Positions 52,101 to 64,000 of a stretch of 64,000 bases of DNA are shown one piece after another. The translations under genes and the position numbers were made by a program. Positions within the stretch are counted from its first letter, which is position 1, and each line of letters opens with the position of its first letter. The DNA is taken from positions 1,208,510 to 1,272,509 of the forward strand of contig CAJFCJ010000007.1 of assembly GCA_904063045.1 (NCBI GenBank), given 5' to 3'. The notes below the pieces were generated by a model, which worked only from the letters and a program-made list of their open reading frames with translations, ran no database searches and was not told the DNA's origin. Source of the DNA: Dimorphilus gyrociliatus. Taxonomy: Eukaryota > Animalia > Annelida.

Positions 52101-55100
52101 ATTTACATTCCCATTTTGTTACTTTCCCAATTGAAAGTAGATCTTTTCAACAAATTCCAGCCAGAAAGGAACAATCTACCGCAATGGTAATTATAATATT
52201 TAAATAAGAGAGTTAATATAATTCTTTCTATTATTATCCGTTAATAGGGATGTAGTTTACTACCCATTCAAAATTTGACTGACGTTCACGCGTGCCTTCA
52301 AACTCACTTAAATCGTTATAACGAAGAGCTGGGCAATGTTCAATTGGACATGATGCTATCGGAAAACATAATTGCCCATGTTGTGAGGTTGCATAGAGTA
52401 CTATCGCATCAGAAAGATGCCAATATCGTATTTGTTGGACCTATTGGAACACATCTAAGTACCCTATGTCGACTCGCACTTCATATGAATGAGTTAGAAA
52501 TACATCAGATGGATACATCTAAATCTACAACCTTTATGGATGGCTTAAGAAGTGCTATAAGAATGACAGGCGCAGAGGGTAAAGTGCTAACAATATTTTT
52601 AGATGGAAGACAATTAACAAATGATCAGTATTTAGATGCTATAAATTCAGTATTAATATCTGGGGAATATCCTCACTTATTCTCTAATGATGAAATGGAT
52701 GGTTTGCTGCAGGCTTTGCAACCCGTTATGAAAAGAGAATTACCTCATTCCAGCGCCAGCTTACACGATTATTTTGTATCAAGAGTTAAATCAAATTTAC
52801 ATATTATTTTATGTTTACCACCGTCGCATAGTTTATTGGCAAGTGCGATTTATGATTTCCCTGGACTATTCTCTCATTGTCAAGTAATATGGCTTAACGA
52901 TTGGCCTAAGGCTGTTCTATTGGGTGATGCCAACTATTATATCCATAAGAATAAAGTATGCGAAAATTGCTCATCAGAGTTAACAAGTAGAGTTGTAACA
53001 ACTTTAGCAAATATGCATTCGTTTGTCCTTGAAGAGTGTGGCCAAATGAAATGGGCGGGCAATACAAATCCTCAAATACAAGTCAAAGAGATAAAGTTTC
53101 AAGAAAAGAAGAAAGAACAAATAAAAGTTACAGATAAGAAAGTTTCTAATAAACCATACTCGAAATATCTTTTAATAGACGCCATCAAGAGAAAGCAGAA
53201 ATTAGCTTTCGAAAGTCAACCTCATCACGTCTTTGTTGGCCCAACAACTTTCCGTAGATTTTTGGATACATTTCATCAGTTATTGAAGCTTAAATCTACA
53301 GAGAGAACCGAAAAAGTTGCTAAATTGGAAAAGGCTTTGTCTACTTTAGATCAAACGAGAAAGGATGTAAAAAAGACTAAGGCTGATATTAAACAAGTAT
53401 CTCAACAATATGAAGCGGCTAAAGTCGAAACAACTGATTTATTAAATAATTTAATTAGGAAAGCAACCCTATTAGAAAAGATAAAAGCTAAAGTTCTCAA
53501 ACCAAGCGCATTGTTGGCTTTCTTACAAATGTCTGATGATGAAACTGTTCACGATAGCGAAGTTGAAGAGGACGAATTACTAGAACAAGCATCCAAAGAC
53601 GAAAGAGATACTTATGATGAAGAATTTGAAAAGCTTCGAGAAGCAAATCTACGATCTAGGGAGGTAAAGGCCCACGAAGAATTACAAGTAGCTGAAAAGA
53701 ATTTGGCAATTTGTCAAGAACAATTGGAAAATGCCAGAAAGCAAGTAAACGTTTGGCGTAGTAAAGTAGATAGAAGTACAATTGACAGATTGAAAGCTTT
53801 TCAAAATCCAACCATTCTTGTTGGACAAGTTATCGAGATGGTTATGATATTAATTGGCAAAAGACCACCAACAATGAGATTAGGAGATAGACCAGATTAT
53901 CCAAAGGATGAATCTTCCACTAGGTTTTCAGCAAGTTCTAGTTCAACAAAAATGACAAATCCACCTCAAAGATTAAAACGTAAGTCGTTCCAGAATATTC
54001 TATTCTTTTAAAACTTTATTTTGTACTCTAATCAAAAGAAAAAGATTGAAACGTGATCATCTATTTCTTTCTTTTCATTTTCTTTTCTTTAAAACTATTA
54101 CAAACGACAGCTTTCTCTCGTCCTTTATCCGCTTTGAGCGATACAACTGATTCGGATAGCAGTGGTAAGACACAGAACGAAATTTATACCCCACTTACGC
54201 AATATATTCATGTGCATATATTAGAAAGATATTAGAATTAACTAATATCTAGCTAATATGACTTTTATTCATGGCTAGGCCTTCCCAAATCCCTCAAAAC
54301 CTTTATTTAGCTTCTTTTTTTTGTATCTAGGAAGATTACTAGAATCGTTTATGTAGAAACAATCAACTATACACTTTACTAATTGCATGTCAAGCTATTT
54401 TCTCCTTAGTTGTTTTTATGATGTTCCCCATTAGAAGTTTTTAAAGGAGAATATTGATTTAAGGAGAACAATAAATTAACCTGTTTAGGTCACGCGTCAC
54501 TATCGGCATTTTAAGATTATAAAAGCATGCGTAGAAAAGAACAAAGTTCTCACTGCAAAAGTTAATTTCCTTCTGTTATTTTTTTGCACGTTCCTAATGA
54601 TAGTTTTTCTGCTCTTTTTTTTTTGTTCTTATACTCTCTCAATTTATATAAACTTTTATCCTGTTTTATCTTTGAAATTAGTTAAGAAACCTGATTTGGA
54701 ACAATCTTCAAGTGGAACGGGAGGCAGATACGATAGGACTACTTGGAAACAATTGCAACAAGCTATGAATGATTCCCCGAAATTTGTTGATATGCTCCAC
54801 AACGTCAGATGGGAGGAAGGCATACCGGATGATGTAGCTGCTGCTGTTGAAAGCTATTTTGCTAAATCGGCTGATGGGAAATTAGGTGGTGAAGGTTCCA
54901 CTATGTTGGAAAATGCAAAAGATAAGACGTTTGTCGCTCAGAGAAGTACCTCTCCAGAACCAAAGGGGATTACAGTCGCCGCTGCTAAATATTCGTCGGA
55001 AGATGCTGCCACCCTAGTTGAATACACTCTGGCAATTATCGAATTTAATAGAAGGTAAAAGGAAATTGTTATCTTATTAAAAAATATATTAAAAGGCTTT

Positions 55101-58100
55101 TTCTTGTCAGATGTGGACCATTAAAAGCCGCTATAGATAAGCGTAATGAATTAGTATTGGAAATTGAGGAGATGGCAAGAGCTGCCAAGGAAAAGTCAGA
55201 TTCTGCAAATGGGAAAGAAAAGGACGAATCTGAGGAAAGAGATACAGAGAAGACATCAGAGGAGGTGTACAATGAAGAAGCTTTGGCCAGAGTTCAAAGT
55301 GAAGTTGATGAAATGCAGGAGAAGTTTGATTCAACGATCGAGAAAAAGCATGGTCTAGAAATAGAGTTGAGTTCAATGAAAGATCGTTTAAAAGCTGCTA
55401 CTGATCTGCTTGAATCTATAAGAGATGTTGAACGAACTTGGAAACAATACGTAAAAGAATATTCCTCTAATGATATTCTCCTTTGCAATTGTATAGTAGC
55501 CGCAGCTTGCTTAGTATATTGTTCCCCTCTTGACATTGATGGTAGATCGAGAATGGGAACATTCTTTATGACAATATGTCGTCACAATGATTTACCAACC
55601 TCAAGTAGAGTTCTACTTGAAAATGTCAGCTTACACAACTTCCTTTTGGAACCTTACGTTGATATTAAATGGAAAAGATCAGGATTACCCTATTCGCCAT
55701 CAGCTCTTGACAGTAGTTGCCTTATAATTCACGATCATTTAACTAATTCGTGGCCAATGCTGTGCGATGTATCTGCAAGATCACCATCTTGGCTAGAAAC
55801 TTTTATCAAATCTAATGGTCAAAAGTTGACAACTGTTCGGTATTGCGATATTAAATCACAGTTGGAAACAAGTTTAACGGATGGCTCGGCACTTTTAATC
55901 AAAGATGTAGATGCTGATGAGATTATATCGGATAAAAGGTTTTCAAAGTTAATATTAGCTAGAAAGCGTTTTACAGAATCAACTAGTCCATTTAAATTAC
56001 AAGTTGGACGACATGAAGTTGAATGCCGTCCTTCTTTTCGCCTCTTCTTACACACGACAACTGAACCTTCAAAGTTACCCTCTGAACTGTCAGCTTATGT
56101 TACTGTTGTTAATGTCAGCGACACTAGAATGAACATTGAGGAAGAATTATTAGATAGATTCACCCGTTTGGAGAAAACTAGATTGTGGACCGAACGGAAT
56201 CAATTACTAGATGAACGTCTTGAACAGCTAGAGAAAAAGAAGATACTCGAAGAAGATATTAGCTGTCATCTGGCGTCTGGTACTCGTCTACTTAGCGAAC
56301 TAAATCATATTAGGAAAATTGCTGAATTAAAGAAACATTTAGATGAAACAAATGAAACAATGTCGAAGATTGATCAAAACGATGAAGGCGTTAACAAAGG
56401 TAGAGAAGTTTACAGGGTTATTGCTCGTCGAGCAGCTGTTTGCTATGATGTAGGCCAACACATGGCAGTTTTGAAAGCGTTTTATCGCATGTCTTGGAAT
56501 CAGTTTGTAGAGATATACGATAGTGCTATACTTCATTCAGATAGATCGGCTGTTAACGTAATTGTTGAACGATTAATGTGGAGTTGCTATAGTTATACGG
56601 GCAGGATGTTGCTTGAAAAGGATAGACACATCTTTAGCGTTATCTTAGCCTTAGAAGTTGAAGAGAGTTGTGGTCGTCTTGGATTAGGGGAGAGAGAGTT
56701 CCTAATATCTCCACACCTTGGGTCAATTACCATGGCAAAAATAGCTAGTCAAGAAGAAACTCGAGAACATACAAAAGTTGGTCAGATGAAAAAACCTTTT
56801 GATTGGATGAACGACGACGCGTACAATAATCTACAAATACTCGCAGTCCACTTTCCTTGGTTCAGGGATATGTTTGAGCGAATGCCTAGAGATGGGCGAG
56901 AAACTCAATGGAGAAGCTTGTGCGAAAATGAGATGGCGGAAAATGTTCCGTTGCCCGATAAAATGGATGATGAATTTACTCCATTACAGAAAATGTTGAT
57001 AGTGAGGGCCGTACGATCGGATAGATTATTACAACTCACTACCCTTTACGTAAACACAGTATTGGGAAAACGTTATACAGCTGAACCTCCAGCGGATATA
57101 GGAACGCTTCTTAGGACATCAAAACCAGCCTCTCCGATAGCTTTTGTTCATATAAATGAAGATGCCGAAAGTGCAGAAAAAGTAATCAGAGAATCAGCCT
57201 TGAAAAGGAATATAAAACTAACAACATTGACAATTTGCGGTCTAGAAAAAGGTCAAGATAAATCGATAAAGAAACAAATAGAAAAAGCTGTCAATGAACA
57301 ATGTTGGATATTATTATTTTCAGCACAAAATGGACCAAAACTATTAGATAATCTAGCAACTTTCCTTCAATCAAAAAATCCGCCCGAAAGTTTCCGTTGT
57401 TTCGTAATTGCACGCTACACGGAACAATTACCCACTTCTTTCTTACACTCATCCACAAGGGTAACTTTAGATACTCCAACAAATTCGAAAGTAACAATGC
57501 AAAGAGCCCTGTCCAGCATCGAAAGCTGCATCAATCGAAATCAAACAAGACAAGAATTGAACATTGTCCTTCACAATATTATTTATTTATACGCTGCTGT
57601 TAGACTGAGAGCTCAATTCGGGGTTGCGGGCTTTGTTGAGGCTTCCTCAGCCCTGTCTGTCGATATCGGGGATTTGAACGAACTATTATTATATGCAATC
57701 AATGAGTTTAATGATGGTTTACAGTGTCCCTTGCCGGATGGTTCTCTCTTAAATCGGTCACCATCTTGGTCTGGTGTAAGATTTGGTCTCAGTGATGGCC
57801 TATTTGGTCGTGCCATTGGGCATCCCTTGGATTTGTCAGCGATATCGTCAATGGTTGATTATTGGATCAGTCCTAACGCAACGAAAAAAGACTTTGAGCC
57901 TCCTAGGATAAAGTATAGACCTCCTGCTATGTTCTTTAATCCGACTGCGAAAATGCAACAATTAATTCAATCTCTAGACGCAATAAATGTTCAGCACTTG
58001 GAAACTCCGGAGGCATGTAATATTTACTCATCATCGGAACTCGTTCTGGCTAACGACCAATATGTATTCACTCGTATTAATCTAATCTATGATCATATGC

Positions 58101-59143
58101 CGTCCAGTCGCACTCTGTCTCACCTTGCCTTTCCCCGTCCACCAACTCCTTTGGAGGGAGCGCCAATAGCAGCAATCAGTCAAAGTGCCGCACAGCCAGC
58201 AGTTGCAGCTAGAACAGGAGTTTTCGCATCAGCATCGGCGGCTCTCGTAAAAATGCGAAAGGAGATTGAATTATGGGAGATTTGTCATACATCTCTAAAC
58301 AAATTACCGAAGGGTTATACTAGGGACTATGTGATTGAAAGAGCAAAGAAAATTGGAGGTTTTACACCATTTAATTTATTTATTATAAACGAAGTTGAGT
58401 TAATGTTCAAGCTATTAGCCGAGATGAAAGTATCGTTAAGTGCTATAAAACAGGCATGCGAATTATCTAGCTTTGGAGATAATCTAAAGGAAAATCAACT
58501 TCAGATTGCATATGATTTATATAATCAATGCATACCAGCTATTTGGAGAAAGTTAGCCTATGAAACCGCTCCACCACCCCACCATTCATTACTTTCTTGG
58601 ATAAATGATTTAAATAACCGATGTCAGCATTTGGATAAATTATTGGTTCTTGGACGAGATAAAATGCCTGCATATTGGTTAGGTGCTTTCTTTCAGCCAA
58701 GTTCGCTCTTTGCCGTCCTCAAACATGATTTCTACAAGAAAACTAGTAATGAAAGAGCTGGCAATATAGATAAAGTAATTTTGCAGACCGAGGTGACCGC
58801 TAGAGATAAAGAACATATTAGGGAACCTCCAGTAGAAGGAATATTTGTCTACGGAATTTATATGTGGGGTTGTCACTACGATAAAACAGCTGCTGAAATG
58901 GTGGATCAACCATCCAGAAACTTGTGTTCCTCCCTACCAGTTTTACATGTTACCTGTTGGAATAAAAGTGACAAGCCTGTACTACAAGATTCTAACAAAG
59001 CTAATGAGCTTTATTCGTGTCCGGTGTATTCTTCTCGTTTGGCAAGGAATAATCCGATCCTTCACGTTGATGTCAGGAAGGAAGGTATACCGTCCGCCAG
59101 ATGGCCTCTCCGAGGACTTCACGCTACAATTAGACCATATTAA
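40143..59143 (+). CDS. Divergent axonemal outer-arm gamma-type (DNAH5/DNAH8-like) dynein heavy chain, ~5344 aa, 25 exons, with degenerate AAA1 and AAA4 sites
   Basis: Exons 40143-40667, 40746-40897, 40965-41138, 41205-41409, 41479-41661, 41723-41925, 42000-42203, 42255-42547, 42603-42739, 42814-42950, 43036-43863, 43929-43991, 44065-44134, 45039-45141, 45212-45978, 46037-46212, 46277-46433, 46512-49174, 49236-49753, 49847-51760, 51816-52186, 52248-53979, 54111-54164, 54682-55054, 55111-59143 are frame-consistent (16035 nt). Gamma-type motifs PPIVRNVPPIAGAVSWVRQL, GPAVPGISP..RL..FQ, IRNRHW, LQCCYGD, FPRFFFVSDSVLLAILS, WVDGVLT, WLCLDGP, SGEYPHLFSNDEMD, LYSCPVY, WPLRG. Confidence 0.95.
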
Positions 59144-60050
59144 AAATAACTGCTTTCCTTTTTATAATAATAATTTAACATCGAAAAAGACGTTTACCAG
59201 AAATATATAAAACTTCATAATTTTATTATTAAACTTATTAATAAATTGTCGTTATTTCTTTTATTCTTTTTAAAGTTCTAAAATAAGAAAGATGGTTTGA
59301 TATGAAAGATCTATTACCCATAGATTAAAGACTTAGAGAACAAAATAGTAGTATTCCTTTTTAAAACAGACATAGTTGTTTTGATTACATTACTGTTAAA
59401 TTGTTTATAATATAACAGTCGTTATGGAACAATTATATATTCTACATTAATATCTAATATCAATATTTTCAATTGATTTTAATATACATTAACATTTTTA
59501 TAATGTATTATATATAAAACGCTATATATAGCATCCATATAGTATCTCATTCTTTCACGGCTACTTTTATCATTCTCTACAAGACTTGCCAGATACATTT
59601 CTTTCCTGTTTTCAGTTTCGAATAAATGTGAAATCTATCTTAAATTTTTAATAATTCGAAAATCTACTAAACGAATTGGTATGTTATTATTATTAATTAT
59701 TCGTATAATATTAAAATTTTTTGCGTAAACTTCTTGACATATACGTAATTTCTTATTATGTTCCAAGTTTCGTTTTATGCCTATTTTTCGTATGCTTGTT
59801 ATTCGTAACTCATTTTTGTTGATCTTCAACGGAGAAAGAGTAAACTTTTTTTATTGTTGAAAAATGTGTTTATGTGTCATACCAAATGTTCGTAGATAAC
59901 ATGATTCCTGTCTAGTCAACAATAGTGTCAGAGAATTTTGCAAATGCTACAATTATGTAGGCATAGAGTATGTTTATAGAAGGAGTCTTTTATTTATTTA
60001 TTTATTTAATTGTCAACATTTTTCTCCGTTTTAGGAAAAGATTTGAAAAT

Positions 60051-63000
60051 ATGGAAGAATCAAAAAAAATTGTTATTCACTTTTATTCCTACCCCCAATT
60101 AAAAGTATTTGAGCCGCTGGAATTAGATTTTTCTGAAATAAAGGCGGAAGAAGCTATCATGTTTGCAGCAGAAAAATTAAATATCAGAACCATTACAATG
60201 TATTTGTTGTCTTTGTTTGACGAGAACAAAAAGGAATGGATCTTTTTCAAAAGCACAATAACTCCTAATATATCACAAAAACTCTATTTAAGATTTAGAT
60301 GGTTACCTCCTGAACCGTCTAAGATTCGAGATGATGTGAACGGATGTAGATATCTACATTTACAGTTTTATAATGATTTTAGGAACAATAATCTAAAATT
60401 ACAGCAGCATGACGTTATTGCTAAAGAGAGAAAAGAAACGTTATATAATACCATTGTTTTTTACAGTATCGATCATTGTATTATATGGTATAATTCGGAA
60501 CTACCGGAAGACAGCTCGGACAAAATAACATGCAATAATGTTCATAAAAAAATAAAGGCCAAAAATTTTTATCCAAATTCGCATGAGGTTAAAATTACGG
60601 AATGGTTAAGAACGATCATATGCTTACCTAAAGCTCTTAAGAAACATTTAAAGAATGAGAATAATCCTTTATTATCTGATCCATTTGAATTCGTTTACAA
60701 TCTGTTAGATTTTTTTTACGAATACTTCGACCTAGGATTAGAAGATAAATTTCCAGGTTACATTGCACAAATAGAAAGCGAAACTGGAGTTGATAAAGTG
60801 GATCTTATTATTTCTCCTTATAATAAAGATATAAAGTATAGAGGAGTTTATTTTATAAATAAAAATCGATTGGAATCGAGTAATCTAAAAGGCAAATCAG
60901 AAATATGTAAATTGCACATTGTCCAAAATTGTTCATTAGTGGAAGATGTCATACGAAAAAAATGGAAATTGGTTTGGATACCAACACGAATAACCGTAAA
61001 AACTCCTTTTTTTAGTTATATTTAATAATATATGTGGTTAATTTTCCTTTTCAGAATGTTTATTTTGACAGTAAGGAGGAAGGATATCAATTTATTTACT
61101 GCCTGCAAGGTTATATACGACTCACATGCAACTTTTATGTTAACATCGACAACCATACGAATGTCGATAAATTATTTTCTATTGAAAACGTCCAAATATT
61201 TGGACCGATTAAAGATGAAAAGGCTTGCGAACGTCTTAACTCAATGGCAACAGAGCTAAGAGACCCCAACTTCCTCATAAAACATAGAGTTAGCACCCCA
61301 AGTGGCTTTAAGCTTTTGTATATTGATAGCGCCGTAGATCCTAAAATCTATAAGAAAAATATCGTATGGAAAGAAAGACAATATCAACTCGAAGATGTAA
61401 TATCTTGTTGTTTAAATATATTATTAATTTGTAGACTGTACTCTCTATTTATAATTTACAGGGTGATATTCGGTTCGATTCTTTGGCAGACCTTATTAAA
61501 TATTACCAAGATCATAATATTGAAAGGCTACCAGGAGATATTAACATAATATTGAAAAAATCAGCACCAGTCAATGCGAATAGTAACAAAATCATTTATT
61601 TATTTTCTTAAAGAAATCATATATAAATCTAACTGAACTTTTTCTAAAATTAGCTGTAGAATTATACATCTGTCAGTCGGATGATATGTTTGTGCCTGAA
61701 ACGTTCATTAACAAAAGAGGTGTTAATAATCAGTCTGAGATAGCAATTGTTAATTCGGAAATAAAACTTTATCGTAAGTTTTGTATTATATTTTGGAATA
61801 TATTGAACAAATTCTCTTCCTTCTTTTTAAATAGCACTGGACAGTTTACGTTTGGGATTTTATACGAATGTTTGTAAAGCTTCGGAAGACAAAGAGGACA
61901 AACCCGACGGAGAATTTGTATTTGCTGTAAAACGTATCAGGGATAGCAAAATATCTCAGCATCCTCATCAAGTTTCTATTGCACTAAGTAAAGCCGCTCA
62001 AAAGCTTGCTGCTTGGAAACACGATAACATCTGTCAGATATATGGTGTTCAACTTTATCCGTTCAAAATCTTTTTGGAATATTCCGAACTTGGAAGTTTA
62101 TGTAGTTATTTGGCAAGACCACCTAAAGATGTAACATTTTCTTTTTTGGTTAGCGCTGCTGAGCAAGTTGCACGAGCTCTAGAATATCTTGTAAATCTAT
62201 AAGTATTTATAAATTCAAATGATTAACTAACTTTATTTTATTTAGTCGAACATAGAAGATTCTTTTCTACGAGTTCATGGCAATATACGATTACGTAATG
62301 TTTTGGTTTTCGAAGAAAACTCTACTTTTACATTCAAATTAGCCGATAGTGGATGCGGCGAAGTTTATCAAAATAATAGTGAGAGAAAGCCACCAGAAAG
62401 CATCATATCTCACTATTCAGATATATTCGCTTACGGTACTTTTCTGGTCGAATTGTTTAATCTTGGAAAATATAACATGTGGAGCGAAATGGGAAAATGC
62501 CCTAAACATATCTATGATGATGTTGTTTCGAAGTGTTGTGATTTTGATATTTACAAAAGATTACCTGCTGAAAAAGCAGTAAACTATTTTGCGGAAGTTT
62601 TATCAACTTTTTCACAAGAAAACCTCCAAAAAGTATGGGTAGTGGCGAAAAAATTTGAAGTTAGGGGAGTTAAAATGACTTTTTCGGAAGTTCCACAGGA
62701 CTATCTAAATAGTTTACGGATAGACAAAAGTGATATCGTCATAAAAGGGAAACTCGGAAACGTTAATATATTTATATTTCATCAAAAAAAATGCTTTAAT
62801 TCTAATATTTTCTTCTCTTTTTCAATTTAATAGGGTCATTTTGGAGAAGTAAATGAGGCTTTTATGGCTGCCAAAGACAAAAGTGTTGCCGTTAAACAGA
62901 TTAGGATTGACAGAAATGAGTATGAGTTAATACTTGCTTTCGTTTTTTTTTTCTAATAATAATAAGCAACAATTCTTTTTTTGTTTTAGGAATTTAGAAA

Positions 63001-63776
63001 GAAGCATCCACGATTTCCAAAAAGAGTTTTTGATTATGTCAGAGCTACATCACGAGAATATTGTGAAAGCTATTGGATTTATGTCCGATGATGATGAAGG
63101 TTTGTAACGTCTTTTCTTTTCAATTTGGTTTCAAATATTCACTCTTTCAAATGTCTTAAAAGGTATGTCCAATCTAAAAATTGTTGTGGAGTTTCAAAAA
63201 CTAGGATCTTTAGAAAAGTATCTTAAGTCAAGAAAATCAGAAATTGCTTTGGATATGAAGTACAAATGGTTGAAAGAAGTTGCACAGGGTATGGCATATC
63301 TATCAAGTGAAGGAATTGTTCATCGAGATTTAGCTGCTCGTAATGTGCTTTTGAACGAGAATTTCACTGCAAAGATAACAGACTTTGGCCTTGCTAGATG
63401 CACAGAAGATGGATGCTATCAAATGGTAAATAACGAGATTCCAATGTTCTATTACTCTCCTGAGGTGCTATTAAATCGCAAGTATAGTACTGAAGGAGAT
63501 GTTTGGTCATACGGTGTATTTAGTTGGGAAATTATGATCGATTGTCAGAAAGCGCCTAAAACACATATAGTGGAAATGGACAGCAGATTTAGAAGTCACA
63601 TCACACGCGAAAATGTTGGAGAATACCTTTTAAACAATCCAGGTACATTTTACTTAACTGAGATTTATAAATTTGAAGATAGATTTAAGAATTTACTGGA
63701 CAAGTGCTTCAAAGTGGAAGAGAAGCAACGTGCAAGCTTCGACGCAATTGTTAAACATTTACAAAACAACTTTTGA
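60051..63776 (+). CDS. JAK: Janus kinase (FERM - SH2-like - pseudokinase - Tyr kinase), divergent, ~1069 aa
   Basis: Exons 60051-60995, 61055-61396, 61462-61582, 61654-61773, 61835-62190, 62246-62761, 62834-62919, 62990-63099, 63163-63776 join in frame (the 60880-60995 part is less certain). FERM LYLRFRW and [11 protein letters not shown]; SH2 [11 protein letters not shown]; JH2 VHGNIRLRN and FKLADSG; JH1 [31 protein letters not shown]. Confidence 0.9.
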
Positions 63777-64000
63777 ATGCACCTTTTCTCGAAATATTAT
63801 TATGCTTGATGTAAAAGTTTTGTTCAAAACACTAACATTAAATACTTATCAATTGATAAATATGTATCCATAATATTACAAACTAGTAATATCGTCTTTA
63901 AAACCTTATATCAATTTTTAAGTATTTAATAAAAAAAATACTGAAGGATTTTTCCGTAATTATCAATTTCCAAGAAATTTAAAATAATACGCTGTAGATC

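Noticed and set aside
40143-59143. Dynein as a pseudogene
   Set aside because: About 16 kb of coding sequence has no in-frame stops or frameshifts, splice sites are canonical and the X-box is retained
59970-60050. ORF-track N-terminal extension of JAK (MFIEGVFYLFIYL..)
   Set aside because: It reads through a polypyrimidine tract and acceptor (TTTTAG at 60034), so it is most likely 5'-UTR intron

Overview
This is AT-rich metazoan (eukaryotic) genomic DNA with a very compact, gene-dense layout and mostly 54-120 bp GT-AG introns. The source is probably a small-genome invertebrate, possibly spiralian, but that is inference. I spliced 14 protein-coding genes by hand and checked reading frame across junctions. 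In order they are: CYLD (5'-truncated), KRR1, an FHL-family 4.5-LIM protein, DAAM formin, an intronless secreted 711-aa putative glycoside hydrolase resembling a bacterial-type family, a small secreted atypical-EGF peptide precursor, PICALM/AP180, a RhoGAP, a GPI-anchored protein with six Ly6/uPAR-like domains, a Lys/Asn-rich orphan, an EGF-mucin-TM protein with a 156-bp tandem array, TMEM184B, a ~5,340-aa DNAH5/8-type dynein heavy chain, and a divergent JAK. No rRNA, tRNA, CRISPR or recognisable transposon was seen. The main lead is the dynein. It is intact and has an RFX X-box upstream, yet most catalytic elements of its AAA1 site (Walker B, sensor I, sensor II, trans Arg finger) are substituted and its stalk and microtubule-binding domain carry large insertions, making it a candidate motor-dead pseudo-dynein. 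Other leads are the (AB)x3 hexa-LU protein with a conserved 11th Cys, the C-x-C-x-C EGF-like peptide with a dibasic cleavage site, and the bacterial-like hydrolase. Family assignments come from recalled motifs, not database searches.
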